The notes under the pieces: model-generated
What the model was told of the DNA's origin: nothing
What the model saw: the letters and a program-made list of their open reading frames with translations, nothing else
Databases searched by the model: none
Position numbers and translations under genes: made by a program
From: the human T2T-CHM13v2.0 reference genome, Homo sapiens
Strand: one strand, 5' to 3'
Length of the DNA: 64,000 bases
NCBI RefSeq assembly: GCF_009914755.1
Contig: NC_060944.1
Shown here: positions 1-12,816 of the stretch, piece by piece
How the letters are laid out: each line of letters opens with the position of its first letter
Numbering within the stretch: position 1 is the first letter of the stretch

Positions 1-17
1 ATTAAGAAAAAAAAGTC

Positions 18-1288
18 AATAGTGGTTTTAAACCATGTTCAGTAAGCCACACTGTAATAAACACATATGCTGTCACCCAGGCTTTATTGTTCCATGTATA
101 GAGCACAAACAGTAGATTTGGCATCATTCTTCAGGGACCTAGGATTTTTGCAATGGTACCTAAGCACTGGCTTCAACTTAAAGTCACCAGCTGCATCAGC
201 CCCTAAGAAGAGAGCCTATCTTTTGAGGTTTTGAAGCCAGGCATTGACTTCTCTTCAACTATGTAAGTTCTAGGCAGCATCTTCTTCTGATATAAAGTTG
301 TTTCATCTACATTGAAAATCTGTTGTTTTACTGTGGCTCTTTCATCAATGATCTTAGCTAAAATTTTTGGATAAATTGCTGAAACTTCTGTGTCAGTACT
401 TGATGCTTTGCCTTGCACTTTTATATTATACAGACAGCTTCTTTCCTCAAACCTCATGAACCAACTTCTGCTAGCTTCGAACTTTTCTTCTGCAGCTTCC
501 TCACCTCTCTCAGCCTTCATAGAATTGAAGAGAGCTCAGACTTCATTCTAGATTAGTCTTTGGCTTAAGAAAATCTTATGGCTGGTTTGATCCTCTATCC
601 AAACCATAAAATGATCTCCATATCTGCAATAATACTGTTTTTCTCTTATTTATCATGTGTTCGCTGGAGTAGTATGCTTAATTTCCTTCAAGAACTTTTC
701 CTTTGCACTCAAAACTTTGCTAACTGGCAAACAAGGCCTAGTTTTTGACTTATCTTGGCTTTCAACATGACTCCCCCACTAAGCTTAATCATTTTTAGCT
801 TTTGATTTGAAGTGAGAGATATGCAACTCTTCCTTTCACTTGAACATGCAGAGGCCATTGCAGGATGATTAATTGTCCTGATGTCAGGATTGCTGAGACT
901 CAGGGACTAGGGAAGCCCAAGGAAAGATAAAGAGGGAGCGAAGCCAATCAGTGGAGCCGTCAGAACACACACACAACATTTATCGATTAGGTCTGCTGTC
1001 TTCTGTGAACATGGTTTGTGGCAGCCCAAAACAAAATAGTATTATCAAAGATCACTGATCATAGTTCTCATAACAAATACAGTAATAAAAATAAAGCTTG
1101 ACATATTGTAAGAATTACCAAAATGTGACACAAAGGGAACATATGCTGTCAGAATGTTGGAATGGCCCTAACAGACTTTCTCAATGCAGAGTTTCTACAA
1201 ACATACAATTTGTTTTTTTTTTTAAAAAAAAAAAAAAAAACTGCAAAATGCAATAAAGTGTGAAGCACACTAAAACAAGCTTTGCCTG
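18..1288 (-). mobile_element. Tigger1 DNA transposon (TcMar-Tigger), 5' portion
   Basis: The reverse complement starting at 1288 reads CAGGCAAAGCTTGTTTTAGTGTGCTTCAC..., like the Tigger1 terminus, flanked by TA at 1289-1290. Decayed transposase coding sequence runs down to ~20. Confidence 0.9.
203..520 (-). pseudogene. Tigger1 transposase fragment (pogo/CENP-B-like DDE family), inactivated
   Basis: The ORF contains [22 protein letters not shown] and [11 protein letters not shown], typical of Tigger1/TIGD1-type transposase. It is interrupted by stops and frameshifts on both sides. Confidence 0.9.
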
Positions 1289-3209
1289 TATAATGATTTG
1301 GAGTAAGTTGAAAAGCATCCAAGTTCATAGACCCTGAAACCACAAAGTGAAATAGGAATCAATTAGTGACTCAGGCAATGCATTACCTGGGGAAGAGTGA
1401 AGCCAGGTGAGGCCTCGGGAGTTCCAAAATTAGTTTGTGGTCTGGAATCCACAGGAAGTTCCTTATGCATTAGGTTCGCAGTGGGATTTGGCCTAATTTC
1501 TTTGACAAGTGAGTAATTTCCAGGTAAATAAAGCAGGGTGAACACTACTTAGACCTTTTTGTCAGCCCACCTTTCACTCACATCAACAGCTGTCCAGTAA
1601 ATAATGACCTCTTTTCATCTGACCTATGGAGCTTAGCAATTTTTCTCCATCAATTTTAAGTGTCTTAATCTCATCACATTGGTTTACTGTAGAAGAAATT
1701 TTTTTTTTTTACTTATTTTTATTTTTACCTTCCTTGATTTTAGTCATTTAAAAACTGAGGATGTATACCATATGCCTTTTGGCTGAGCCTGTTTTATTAG
1801 GCGTGATGTATTTCAAGGGTGATAAATCTTTTATTTGGTCTGGCCTCAGATCACTGTGTTTCTTATCGCTATAGTTAAAGGGAGGTGGTATTCAGAAGCA
1901 GAAAGCTAGCTAGACTTCAATCAAGAGGCTCAGGAAGCAGACTCCCACCTTTTCTATCAGCTAATGATACCTTTTCTTGAGTCCAATAGTCAAGCATAAC
2001 TACCTCAGGGGAATAGTGAAAGAAACCTGAATATGCTACAGTGCACTGCAGTCCTTTAAACCTCCCGATGGGAGTACAAACTTCCAGTAATCACATACCT
2101 GGAGAAAACATGAGAGTTGTAGGAGAGAGAGAGATCCAATCCAGCACCTCCTGTACTTCCTTCCACCGTTTCTAATAAAACACTGGCTGGGAAGCAGAAT
2201 GGTTACAAATTGTTCATTCTGGGAATCTTGTATAATAACATACTTCATATACTTTAAGTGAACTTTGCAACTAATTTCAGGGATTTTTTTTTTTTTTACT
2301 TGCTACAGTCCATAGATAAATTCTCATTTGATTTTATACAAAGCCTAGAAGGCACCAATCAAATCAAATACCAACCAAAGTTAAAATTATGTGGACATGA
2401 AAGCATTTGGAGTGGAGCATTCTCTGCCCCCTTGCTTTGCATTCTCTTAATCATGTTGCCTTCCAGGGAGGGATGTCAGGGAAGATTGCTTCTTCCATAA
2501 TGCATGGTGTCTTTTTTCTTATCAATGCCATTCAATATCGCTTTCTTCGGGAAGTTCCCTGATTCACCATCCTCACAGAGGTGAGCAGCTTCGTTTATTT
2601 TGATCCTGGGGACATAGGCTGTGAAAGGAAACAATTTACCAAGAAGAAAGAATGTTGAGGGCTACACACAGATTTATTGGTGTAAAAAAACAAAGCAAGT
2701 CCAGATGTGACTCATTTTTGAGGCATGTTGTAAATACACCTGACCTGTTTCATTTATAACAAAGGAAGATGCCCTGGCTTACAGCTGAGTTCTTTGTGTG
2801 TTACTCAACTTTTCTCTTTTTTTCAGGGGAGAACTAAAACTAGAGTTTAGGGAGTGATTGATGGGGATTTGAGGATTGTAGTTTTTTTCAGTGCTCCTGT
2901 TGGCTTTCTAAATTACTGCCTCTTCACAAGCCTAATCATTTATCACCCTCGCCTCCTACGGTGTTTTACATTTTGGCAACTATTTCCTGCCTTTGCCATT
3001 GTAAGGCTAATATTTAAAAATAAGGGGTTGGTGATTTTTATAATTCCACTTAGTGATATTAATGAAAATGTTGAAAGCAGCACATCAAAACAAAAACCAA
3101 CTGCTTCTAGTTTCTGCTACACTGAAGAATTGTACTGACCACCTGGGATTCCCAAGGGCTTCTAAAACTCATATTTATATGTGTGTATATATATGGTGTG
3201 CACGTGTGT

Positions 3210-3367
3210 GGTTCTCTGCCACTCAAAATGTAGTCTGTGGGCCAGTAGCATTGGCCTCACCTGGATCTTGTCAGGAATGCAGCCTCAAGCCTACTCCAAA
3301 ATGCAGAATCTGCCTGTTAAGCACTCGACATGATTTGTATGTGCAAAGAGCTTTAAAAGTAATGCCT
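3210..3367. mobile_element. MER5A-like hAT-Charlie element
   Basis: actcaaaatgtagtctgtgggccagtagcattggcctcacctgg...cagaatctgc...tgatttgtatgtgca resembles the MER5A family consensus. Confidence 0.6.
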
Positions 3368-3540
3368 GAGAGATTTTATTACATTTATTTAAATAATGAA
3401 ATTAAAACCTTAAGAATGAAGAAAAGCTCATATATCACATACTAATGTTGACGCTGTGTGTTCAACTTCATCTTTTGTTCCCATTGTGATAGTATACAGA
3501 GAAAGATTTGCTAAATGCTACACAATGCATTTTGTCATTC

Positions 3541-4152
3541 TTTTTTGTTATACTGTCACGTTTTTTATATATAATTTCAACTTGTATTTTAGATTCATGG
3601 ATTATATGTTCAGGTTTGTTACATGGATGGCATATCTCATGATGCTGAGGTTTAGGGTATGATTGATCCCATCACTCAGGTAGTGAACATAGTACCCCAA
3701 TAGTTAAGTTTCTCAACCCTTGCTCCCCTCTCTCCTGGCCCCCTCTAGTAGTCTCCAGTGACTATTGTTGCCATGATTATGCCCATGAATACCCAGTGTT
3801 TAGCTCCCTCTCATGAGTGAGAACACGCTGTATTTGGTTTTCTATTCCTGTATTAATTAACTTAGGATAATGGACTCCAGCTACATCCATGTTGCTGTAA
3901 AGAACATGATTTTTTATAGCTGCATACTATTCCATGCTGTGCATATACCACATTTTCTTTATCCTATCCACTGTTGATGAGCACCTACGTTTGTTTCATG
4001 TCTTTGCTGTTGCGAGTAGTGTTGCAATGAACATGTGAGTGCATATGTCTTTTTTGTAGAATGACTTGTTTTCTTTTGGATATATAGCGAGTATTGGGAT
4101 TGCTAGGTTGAAAGGTAATTCTAAGTTCTTCAGAGAAATTGCCAAGCGACTT
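3541..4152 (-). mobile_element. L1PA15/16-like LINE-1, 3' end (outer element, left part)
   Basis: T-rich tail followed by ttttagattca...gatgctgaggttt...gatcccatcactcaggtagtg, a 3'UTR of L1PA15/16 type. Candidate TSD tcattcttttt at 3535-3545 and 12817-12827. Confidence 0.85.
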
Positions 4153-4972
4153 CTTTTTTAAATAAATTTATTTTAATTTCTGGGATACACGTGCAGGACA
4201 TGCAGATTTGTTACATAGGTAAACATGTGCGATGGTGGTTTGCTGCACCTATCAACCCATCACCTAGGTATTACACCCGACATGCATTAGCTATTTAACT
4301 TGATGTTCTCCCACCACTAGCCCCCAGATAGGCCACAGTGTGTTTTGTTCTCCTCCCTGTGTCCATGTATTCTCATTATTCAGCTCCCACTTATGAGTGA
4401 GAACATGTGGTGTTTGGTTTTCTGTTTCTGTGTTAGTTTGCTGAGGATAATGGCTTCCAGCTTCATCTATGTCCCTGTAAAAGGCATGATGTCATTTCTT
4501 TTTATGGTTGCAGAGTATTCCACTGTATATGTATCACATTTTCTTTATCCAGTCTACCATAGATGGGCATTTGAGTAGATTCTATGTCTTTGCTATTGTG
4601 AATATTGCTGCAATGAACATACACCTGCATGTATCTTTATAATAGAATGATTTATATTCCTTTGAGTATATACCCAACAATGGGATTGCTGGGTTAAATG
4701 ATATTTCTGCTCCTAGTTCTTTGAAGAATTGTCACACTGTCTTCCACAATGGTTGAACTAATTTACACTCCCACCAACAGTGTAAAAGCCTTCCTATTTC
4801 TCCACAGCCTCTCCAGCATCTGTTGTTTATTGACTTTTTAATAATCACCATTCTGATTGGCTTGAGTGGTATCTCATTATGGTTTTGATTTGCATTTCTC
4901 TAATGATCAGTGATGTTGAGCTTTGTTTCATATGTTTTTTTGGCTGCATAAATATCATTTTGAGATGTCTGT

Positions 4973-7751
4973 TCATATCCTTTGCCCACTTTTTGATGGG
5001 TTTTTTCTTTTTCTTGTAAATTTAAGTTCCTTGTAGATTCTGGATATTAGACCTCTATCAGATAGGTAGATTGCAAAAATATTCTCCCATTCTGTAGGTT
5101 GCCTAGTCACTCTGATGATAGTTTCTTTTGTTGTAAAGAAGCTCTTTAGTTTGATTAGATCCCATTTGTCAATTTCGACTTTTGTTGTAATTGCTTTTGG
5201 CATTGTCCTCATGAAGTCTTTGCCCTTGCCTATGCCCTGATTTGTATTGCTTAGATTTTCTTCAAGGGTTTTTATGGTTTTGGGTTTTACATTTAAGTCT
5301 TTAATCTATCTTAGTTAATTTTTGTGTAAGCTGTAAGGAAGGGGTCCAGTTTCAATTTTCAGCATATGGCTAGCCAGTTTTCCCAGCACCGTTTATTAAA
5401 TAGGAAATCCTTTCCCCATTGCTTGTTTTTGTCAAGTTTTTCAAATATCAGATGGTTGTAGATGTGTGGTCTTATTTCTGTGATCTCCATTCTGTTCCAT
5501 TGGTCTATGTGTCTGCTTTTATACCAGTATCATGCTGTTTTGGTTACTGTAGCCTTGTAGTATAATTTGAATTCAGGTAGTGTGATGCTTCCAAATTTGT
5601 TCTTTTTGCTTAGGATTATCTTAGCTATATAGGCTGTTTTGTGATCCATATATATTTTAATATAGTTGTTTTCTAATTCTGTGAAGAATGTCAACGGTAG
5701 TTTAATGGGAATAGCATTCAATCTATACATTACTTTGGGCAGTATGGTCATTTTCACAATATTCATTCTTCCTATCCATGAGCATGGAATGCTTTTCCAT
5801 TTGTTTGTGTCTTCTCTGATTTCCTTGAGCAGTGGTTTATATTTCTCCTTGAAGAGATCCTTCACTTCCCTCATTAGCTGTATTTCTAGGTATCTTATTC
5901 TCTTTGTAGCAATTGTGAATGCAAGTCCATTCATAATTTGGCTTTCTGCTTTTCTATTGTTGGCATATAGTAATGCTTGTGATTTTTGCATATTGATTTT
6001 GTGTCCTGAGACTGCAGAAGTTGCTTATCAGTTCAAGAATCTTTTGGGCTGGGACAACTGGGTTTTCTTGCTATAGAATCATATCACCTGCAAGCAGACA
6101 GTTCAACTTCATCTTTCTATTTGAATACCCATTATTTCTTTCTTTTGTCTGCTTGCCCTGGCTAGAGCTTCCAATACTATGTTGAACAGGAGTGATGAGA
6201 AAGGACATCCTTGTCTTGTGCCAGTTTTCAAAGAGAATGCCTCCAGCTTTTGCCCATTCAGTATGATATTGGCTGTGTGTTTGTTATAAATGGCTGTTAT
6301 TATTTTGTGGTACGTTTCATCAATACCTAGTTTGAGGGGTTTTAGCATGAAGGGATGTTGACTTTTATGAAAGGCCTTTTCTGCATCTATTGAGATAATG
6401 TGTTTTTTTTCTTCAGTTTTCTTTATGTGATGAATTATGTTTATTGATTTTGTATATGTTGAACCAGTCTTGTATCCCACAGATGAAGCCAGCTTGATCG
6501 TGGTGGATAAGCTTTTTGATGTGCTGCTGGATTCAGTTTGCCAGTATTTTGTTGAGGATTTTGGCATCGATGTTCATCAGGGATATTGGCCTGAAGTTTT
6601 CTTTCTTTGTTGTATCTCTGCCAGGTTTTGCTATCAGAATGATGCTGGCCTCATAAAATGAGTTAGGGAGAAGTCCTTCCTTTTCAATTTTTTGGAATAG
6701 TTTTAGAAGAAATGGTACCAACTCCTCTTTGTACCTCTGGTAGAATTCAGCTGTAAATCCATCTGGTCCTGGGCTTTTCTTAGTTGGTAGGCTATTTATT
6801 ACTGCTTCAGTTTCAGAACTCATTCTTGGTCTATTCAGGGCTTCAACTTCTTCCTGGTTCAGCCTTGGGAGGGTGTGTATGTCCAGGAATTTATCCATTT
6901 CTTCTAGATTTTCTAGTTTATTTACATAGAGACTTTTATATTAGGTTGGCCCAAAAGTAATTGCGGTTTTTGCATAACTTTTAATGGCCAAACCATGATT
7001 AGTTTACACCAGCCTAGTAGTATACTCTGATGGTTGTTTGCATTTCTGTGGGGTCAGTGGTGATATCCCCTTTGTCATTTTTATTGTGTCTATTTGATTC
7101 TTTTCTCTTCTTTATTAGTCTAGCTAGCAGTTTATCTATTTAATTTTTTTCAAAAAACCAGCTTCTGGATTTGTTGGGTTTCTTTAAAGGGTTTTTCATG
7201 TCTCTATCTTCAGTTTCACTCTAACCTTAGTTATTTCTTGTCTCCTGCTAGCTTTAGGTTTGTTCTTGGCTCTCTAGTTCTTTTAGTTGTGATGTTAGGG
7301 TGTCGATTTGACATTATTCTAGCTTTTTGATGTGAGCATTTAGTGCTATAATTTCTCTCTTAACATTTCTTTAGCTGCATCCCAGAGATTTTGGTATGTT
7401 GACTCTTTGTTATCATTAGTTTCAAAGAACTTCTTGATTGCTTTTTAACTTCATTATGTACTCAGGAGTCATTCAGGAGCAGGTTGTTCAATTTCCATGT
7501 AGTTTTGTGGTTTTGAATGAGTTTCTTAATCCTGAGTTCTGGTTTAAAGTCTGTTTTGTCAGAAACTAGGATTGCAACCCCTGATTTTTTTTTTTTTTTT
7601 CATTTTCATTTGCTTGGTAAATTTTTCTCCATTTCTTTATTTTGAGTTTATGTGTGTCTTTGCACATGAGGTGGGTGTTTTGAATACAGCACACCGGTTG
7701 ATCTTCACTCTTTATCCAGCTTGCTATTCTGTGTCTTTTAGTTGGGGGCAT
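4973..7751 (-). pseudogene. L1 ORF2 (endonuclease/reverse transcriptase) remnants
   Basis: Fragments [14 protein letters not shown]...[57 protein letters not shown] and [12 protein letters not shown]. Frameshifted, with an internal deletion at ~7540. Confidence 0.92.
6941..7017. mobile_element. MADE1 (Hsmar1-derived MITE)
   Basis: ttaggttggcccaaaagtaattgcggtttttgc...ttttaatggccaaaccatgattagtttacaccagcctag is a 77-bp imperfect palindrome, with TA duplicated at 6939-6940 and 7018-7019. Confidence 0.93.
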
Positions 7752-8177
7752 TTAACCCATTTACTATTAAGGTTCATATTGTTATGTATTAATTTAATCC
7801 TGTCATCATGGTGCTAGCTAGTTATTTTGCAGACTTGTTGATATAGTTGCTTGATAGCATCATTAGTCTTTGTACTTCAGTCTGTTTTTGCAGTGGCAGC
7901 TAACGGCTTGTCCTTTCCATATTTAGTGCTGCCCTCGGGAACTCTTGCAAGGCAGGCATGGTGGTGATGAATTCCTCAGCAATTTCTTGTCTGAAAAAGA
8001 TATTATTTCTCCTTTGCTTATGAAGCTTAGTTTGGCTGGATATAACATTATGGGTTGGAAATTCTATTCTTTAACAATGTTGAACATTGGCCTCCAATCT
8101 CTTCTGGCTCATAGGGTTTCTGCTGAGAAGTCTGCTGTTAGTCTGATGGATTTCCTTTTGCAGGTGGCCTGGCCCTT

Positions 8178-8893
8178 CTATCTGGCTACGCTTAATGTTT
8201 TTTTCTTCATTTCAACCTTGGAGAATCTGATAATTATGTGTCTTGGGATGGATTTTCTCATGGAGTATTTTACTGGGGTTCGTTGGTTTTCCTGAATTTG
8301 AATGTTGGCCTTTCTTGTTACATTGGGGAAGTTCTTCTTGTTGATATCCTGAAGCATGTGTTCCAACTTGGTTCCATTCTCCCTATCTCTTTCAGGTACC
8401 CCAATCATTCATAGGTTTGGTCTTTTTACATAATCCCATAGTTCTCAGATGTTTTGTTTCTTTCTTTTCATTCTTTTTTCTCTAATCTTGTCTGCCTGTC
8501 TTATTTTACCAAGATAGTCTTCAAGCTCTGAAATTCTTTCATCTGCTTGGTCTATGCAGTTATTGATACTTGTGGTTGCATCGTGAAGTTCTTGGTTGTG
8601 TTTTTCAGCTCTGTCAGGTCATTTATGTTTCTCTCTAAACTAGTTATTTTGGTTAACAGATCCTGTAATGTTTTATCATGGTTTTTAGCTTCTTTGCATT
8701 GGGTTAAAACATGTTCCTTTAGCTCAGCAAAGTCTGTTATTACCCACCTTCTGAAGCCTACTTTTGTCAAGTCATCCATATCAGCCTCCCCCCAGTTATG
8801 TGTCCTTGCTGGAGAGGTGTTGTGATCATTTGGAGGAAAAGAAGCACTCTGGCCTTTTGAGTTTTCAGAATTTTTTTGTTGATTCTTTCTCAT
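8178..8893 (-). pseudogene. L1 ORF1p remnants
   Basis: MRKNQQKNSENSKGQSASFPP...GFRRWVITDFAELKEH and IGVPERDRENGTKLE...PRHIIIRFSKVEMK are L1PA ORF1 sequences. Frameshifted. Confidence 0.92.
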
Positions 8894-9803
8894 TTTTGTG
8901 AGTTTTTCTACCTTTGATCTTTGAGGTTGCTGGCCTTTGGATGGGGTTTCTGTGGGGACATTTTGTTGATGATCTTGTTACTTTTCTGTAGGGCTGCCGC
9001 AGTTCACTGTGGGTTCACTCCAGATCCTATTCACCTGGGTCCCTCCCACATCTGGAAGTGTCACCAGTGGAAACTGCAGAACAGCAAAGATGGCTGCCTG
9101 CTCCTTCCTCTGGGGTCTCTGTCCCAGAGGAGCACTGACTTGATTCCAGTGGGAATGCTCCTGTAAAAGGTATTTGGTGACCCCTGTTGGAGGCGTCTCA
9201 CCCAGTCAGGAGGCACAGGATCCAGGCCCTGCTTAACAAATTACTCTGGCTGCCCCTTGGCTGGGGAGATGTACTCCGCTGGGGAGAATCCCACTGGTCC
9301 AGACTGCCTGGATTCCTTAGAGCCAGCAGGGGGAAAGACTAAGACTGCTGACATGTGGAGAACATGGCTGCCCCTCCCCCAGGAGCTCAGTCCCAGGGAG
9401 ATCAGAATTCTGTCCCTAAACCCCTGGCTGGAGTTGCTGAAATTCCTGCAGGGAGGCCCTGCCCAGTGAGGAAGGATGGGTCAGAGTCTGGCCCAAAGAG
9501 GCAGTCTGGCCACAGTCTGCCACAGTTGCTATGCTGCTGTTGGGAATTCCTCCTAGGTCCTAACTATCCAGTCTCCCCAGCACTGGCAGGGGTCAAACAG
9601 CAGACTGGAGCCTCAGTGATGGTGGCTGCCCCTCCCTCAGGAAGCTCAGTTGTCTTAGGCAGCAGACAGCCACAGTGATTATGGCCACCCCTGCCCCTGG
9701 AAACTTGGTAGTCTTAGGCAGTCTCCAGCCAAGTGGCTGCTGGGAGTCTGCACAGCTCCCTGCTTGGTACCCAAGGCCCTGGTGGCATGGGCTCACAAGG
9801 GAT

Positions 9804-10097
9804 AAAGGGCCAAGATGGCTGACTAGAAACAGCTGCAGTTGGAGGCTCCCACCAGAAGGAAAATGGTAAGTGAATCCTGCACCAGCAACTGAAGCATCCA
9901 GGTTCTCTCACTGGGACTGACTAGGTGGTCCCCACAACCCATGGAGAACAAGGAAAAGCACAGTGGTGTGACCGCCTACCTGGGAGCCACATGGGGAAAG
10001 AGGAGCTCCCATCCCCAGCCAAGGAGGCGGTGAGTGACGGTGCTACCCAGCCTGGGAAACCATGCTTTTTACATGGATCTGTACAACCCACAGATCA
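9804..10097 (+). mobile_element. Inverted extreme 5' end (~290 bp) of the nested L1
   Basis: Begins gggccaagatggctgactagaaacagct, an L1PA 5' terminus with the YY1 core AAGATGGC, on the + strand. Its far end (reverse complement gatctgtgggttgtacagatcc) is what should follow ...gctcacaagggat at 9803. Confidence 0.88.
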
Positions 10098-12816
10098 AAC
10101 TGCTTTCTATAGTGGTTAAACTAATTTACATTCCCACTAACAGCATATAAGCAATCCCTTTTCACCACAGCCTCTCCAGCATTTGTGGTTTTTTGATTTA
10201 TTAAGAAAATCAATTCTGGCTGGTATAAGATGATACCTCATTGTGGTTTTGATTTGCATTTCTCTGATGACTGGTGATATGGAGCATTTTTTTCACATGC
10301 TTATTGGACATGTGTATTTTTTTGAGAAATATATTTTTGCCCACTTTTTAATGGAGTTATTTGTCTTTTGCTTTTTGAATTATGTTCCTTACAGATTCTA
10401 AATATTAGATCGTTGTCAGTTTCATAGTTCATGAGTATTTCCTCCAATTCTATAGGTTATCTGTTTACTCTGTTGAGAGTTTCTTTTGCTGTGCAGAAGC
10501 TGTTTATTTCACTAGGTGTTACTTGTCAATTTTTCTTTTTGTTGAAATTGCTTTTGAGGACTTAGCCATAAATTCTTCCCCAAGCCTAATATCCAGAATG
10601 GTGTATCTTAAATTTTCTTTTAGGACTTTTATAGTTTGAGGTCATCTATTTAAATCTTTAACCTATTTTGAGTTAACTTTTATTCATGGTTAAATGTAAC
10701 GGTCCACTTTTATTCTTCTGTGTATGGCTATCCAGCTATCCTAGCACCATTCATTGAATAGAGAGTCATTTTCCCATTGCTTACTTTTGTCAACTTTGTT
10801 GAAGATCAGATTGCTGTAGGTGTGCCGCTTTATTTCTGGGTTCTCTATTCTGTTCCATTTGTCTATGTGTCTGTTTTTGTACCAGTACCATGCTGTTTTG
10901 GTTATTATAGCCTTATAGCATAATTCAGAGTAAGGTAACCTGATGGCTTCAGCTTTGTTTTCTTTTTTTTATTGCTGTTGTTTTATTTTGTTTTGTTTTG
11001 TTTTTGCTTAGGATTCCCTGGGCTACTCAGACTCTTTTTCATTTCATAAGAATTTTAGAATAGTTTTTCTAATTCTGTGAAAAATGGCATTGGTAGTTTG
11101 ATAGAAATGGCTTGGAATCTATACATTGCTTTGGGCAGTATGGTCATTTCAACAATATTAATTCTTTGAATTTGTGAGCATGAGGATGTTTTTCCATTAG
11201 CTTGTGTCACCAATGATTCAGCAGTGTTTTGTAGTTATCCTTGTAAAGATCTTTCACCTCTTCAGTTAGATGTGTTCTTAGGTATTTCATTCATTTTGTG
11301 GCTATTGTAAATGGGATTGTGTTCTTGATTTCTACTCTGTTTGAACTTTATTGGAGTATAGAAGTCTTACTGATTTTTGTGCATTGATTTTGTGTTCTGA
11401 GACTTGACTGAAGTGTGTTTATCAGTTCCAGAGCCTATGGAGGTGTCTTTAGGGTTTTCTAGGCATAGAATTATATCATCTGTGAAGATAGTTTGACATT
11501 TTTAATGTATTTAGATGTCTTTTATTTTTTCTATTGCTTGAATGCTCTGGCTATGACTTCCAGTACTATATAGAAGAAGAGTGGTGAAAGTGGCATCCTT
11601 GTTTTGTTCCAGTTCTCAAAGGAAATGCTTCTAGCTTTTACACATTCAGTAAGATGTTGGACATAGATAACACTTGTTATTTTGAGGTATTTCTTTCACA
11701 CCTAGTTTGTTGGAGGTTTTTTTTTTAATCATGAAAGAGTATTGCGTTTTATTGAAAGCTTTGTCAAGGTCTTTTGAGAGGATCATAGAAATTCTATGTT
11801 TGGTTAATAACCTTTATTGACTTGCAGATGTTAAACCAACCTTGCATCCCAGGAATGAAACCTACTTGACCATGTTGAATTAATTCTTTGATATACTGCT
11901 AGATTTGGTTTCCTAGTATTTTGTTGATAATTTTTGCATCTACACTCATCAGGGATATTGGCCTGTAGTTTCCTTTTCTCATTGTGTCTTTGCTAGGTTT
12001 TTGTATCATGGCAATACTGGCTTTGTAGAATGAGTTAGGGAAGAGTCCCTCCTGGATTGTTTTTTTTTTTTTTTTTTTTTTATTTTCAGTAGAATTTGTA
12101 CCAGCTCTTCTTTGTACATGTGATAGAATTTGGCTGTGAATCCATTTGGTCCAGGGCTTTTTTAGTTAGTAGATAATTTTTTTATTACTGATTCAATTTC
12201 AGAACTTATATTGGTCTGTTCAGGGTTTCAATTCCTTCCTGATTCAATGTTGGAAGAGTTTGTGTTTCCAGGAATGTATCCACTTTCTCTAGATTTTCTA
12301 GTTGTGTGCATAGAGGTATTCATAATAGTCTCTGAAGATATTTTGTATTTCAGTGGGATTGTTTGTAATGTAACCTTTGTCATTTCTGATTGTGCTTATT
12401 TGGATCTTCTCTCTTTTCTTCTTTGTGAATCTAGCTAGTAGTCTGTCAACCTCGTTCATCCTTTTGAAGAACCAACTTTTGTTTCACTGATCCTTTGTGT
12501 GGATTTTTTGGTCTCAATTTCATTCAGTTCAGCTCTGACTTTGTTTCTTTTCTTCTACTAGCTTTACAGTTTGTTCTTGTTTTCCTAGTTCCTCTACATG
12601 TGATGTATAATAATTAATTTGAGATCTTTCTTTTTGAGGTAGGCATTTAGCACTATAAACTTTCCCCCTAACACCACTTTTATTGTATTTCAGATATTTA
12701 AGTACTTTTGTCTCTGTTTTTATTGATTTCAAAGATCCTTCTTATTTTGGTCTTAATTTCATTGTTTACCCAGAAGTCATTCAGGAACAAATAGTTTAAT
12801 TTTCATGTAATTGCCA
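10096..12816 (-). mobile_element. L1PA15/16-like LINE-1, continuation (outer element, 5'-truncated in ORF2)
   Basis: caaactgctttctatagtggttaaactaatttacattccc continues the sequence broken at ~4142. ORF2-derived sequence runs to ~12813, followed by the candidate TSD and TTTT/AA. Confidence 0.88.

Larger units (their letters stand above)
4153..9803 (-). mobile_element. Near full-length L1PA (about L1PA8A-L1PA11) nested in the older L1
   Basis: A new T-rich tail and 3'UTR start at 4153. ORF2, ORF1 and the 5'UTR follow collinearly on the minus strand. The host L1 sequence resumes at 10096. Confidence 0.92.

Noticed and set aside
203-520. Domesticated TIGD-type gene
   Set aside because: It is a short fragment inside a decayed Tigger1 copy with disrupted flanking frames.
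1213-1240. T11-A17 hairpin resembling a terminator
   Set aside because: It is homopolymer expansion inside Tigger1. Intrinsic terminators are not relevant in this context.
2005-2135. Minus-strand acceptor (ttttctccag|GTATGTG) as a coding exon
   Set aside because: All three frames hit a stop within about 65 nt, and there is no strong partner site.
4973-8893. Active L1 or a novel reverse-transcriptase system
   Set aside because: These are standard L1 ORF1/ORF2 remnants with many stops and frameshifts, a MADE1 insertion and an endonuclease-region deletion.
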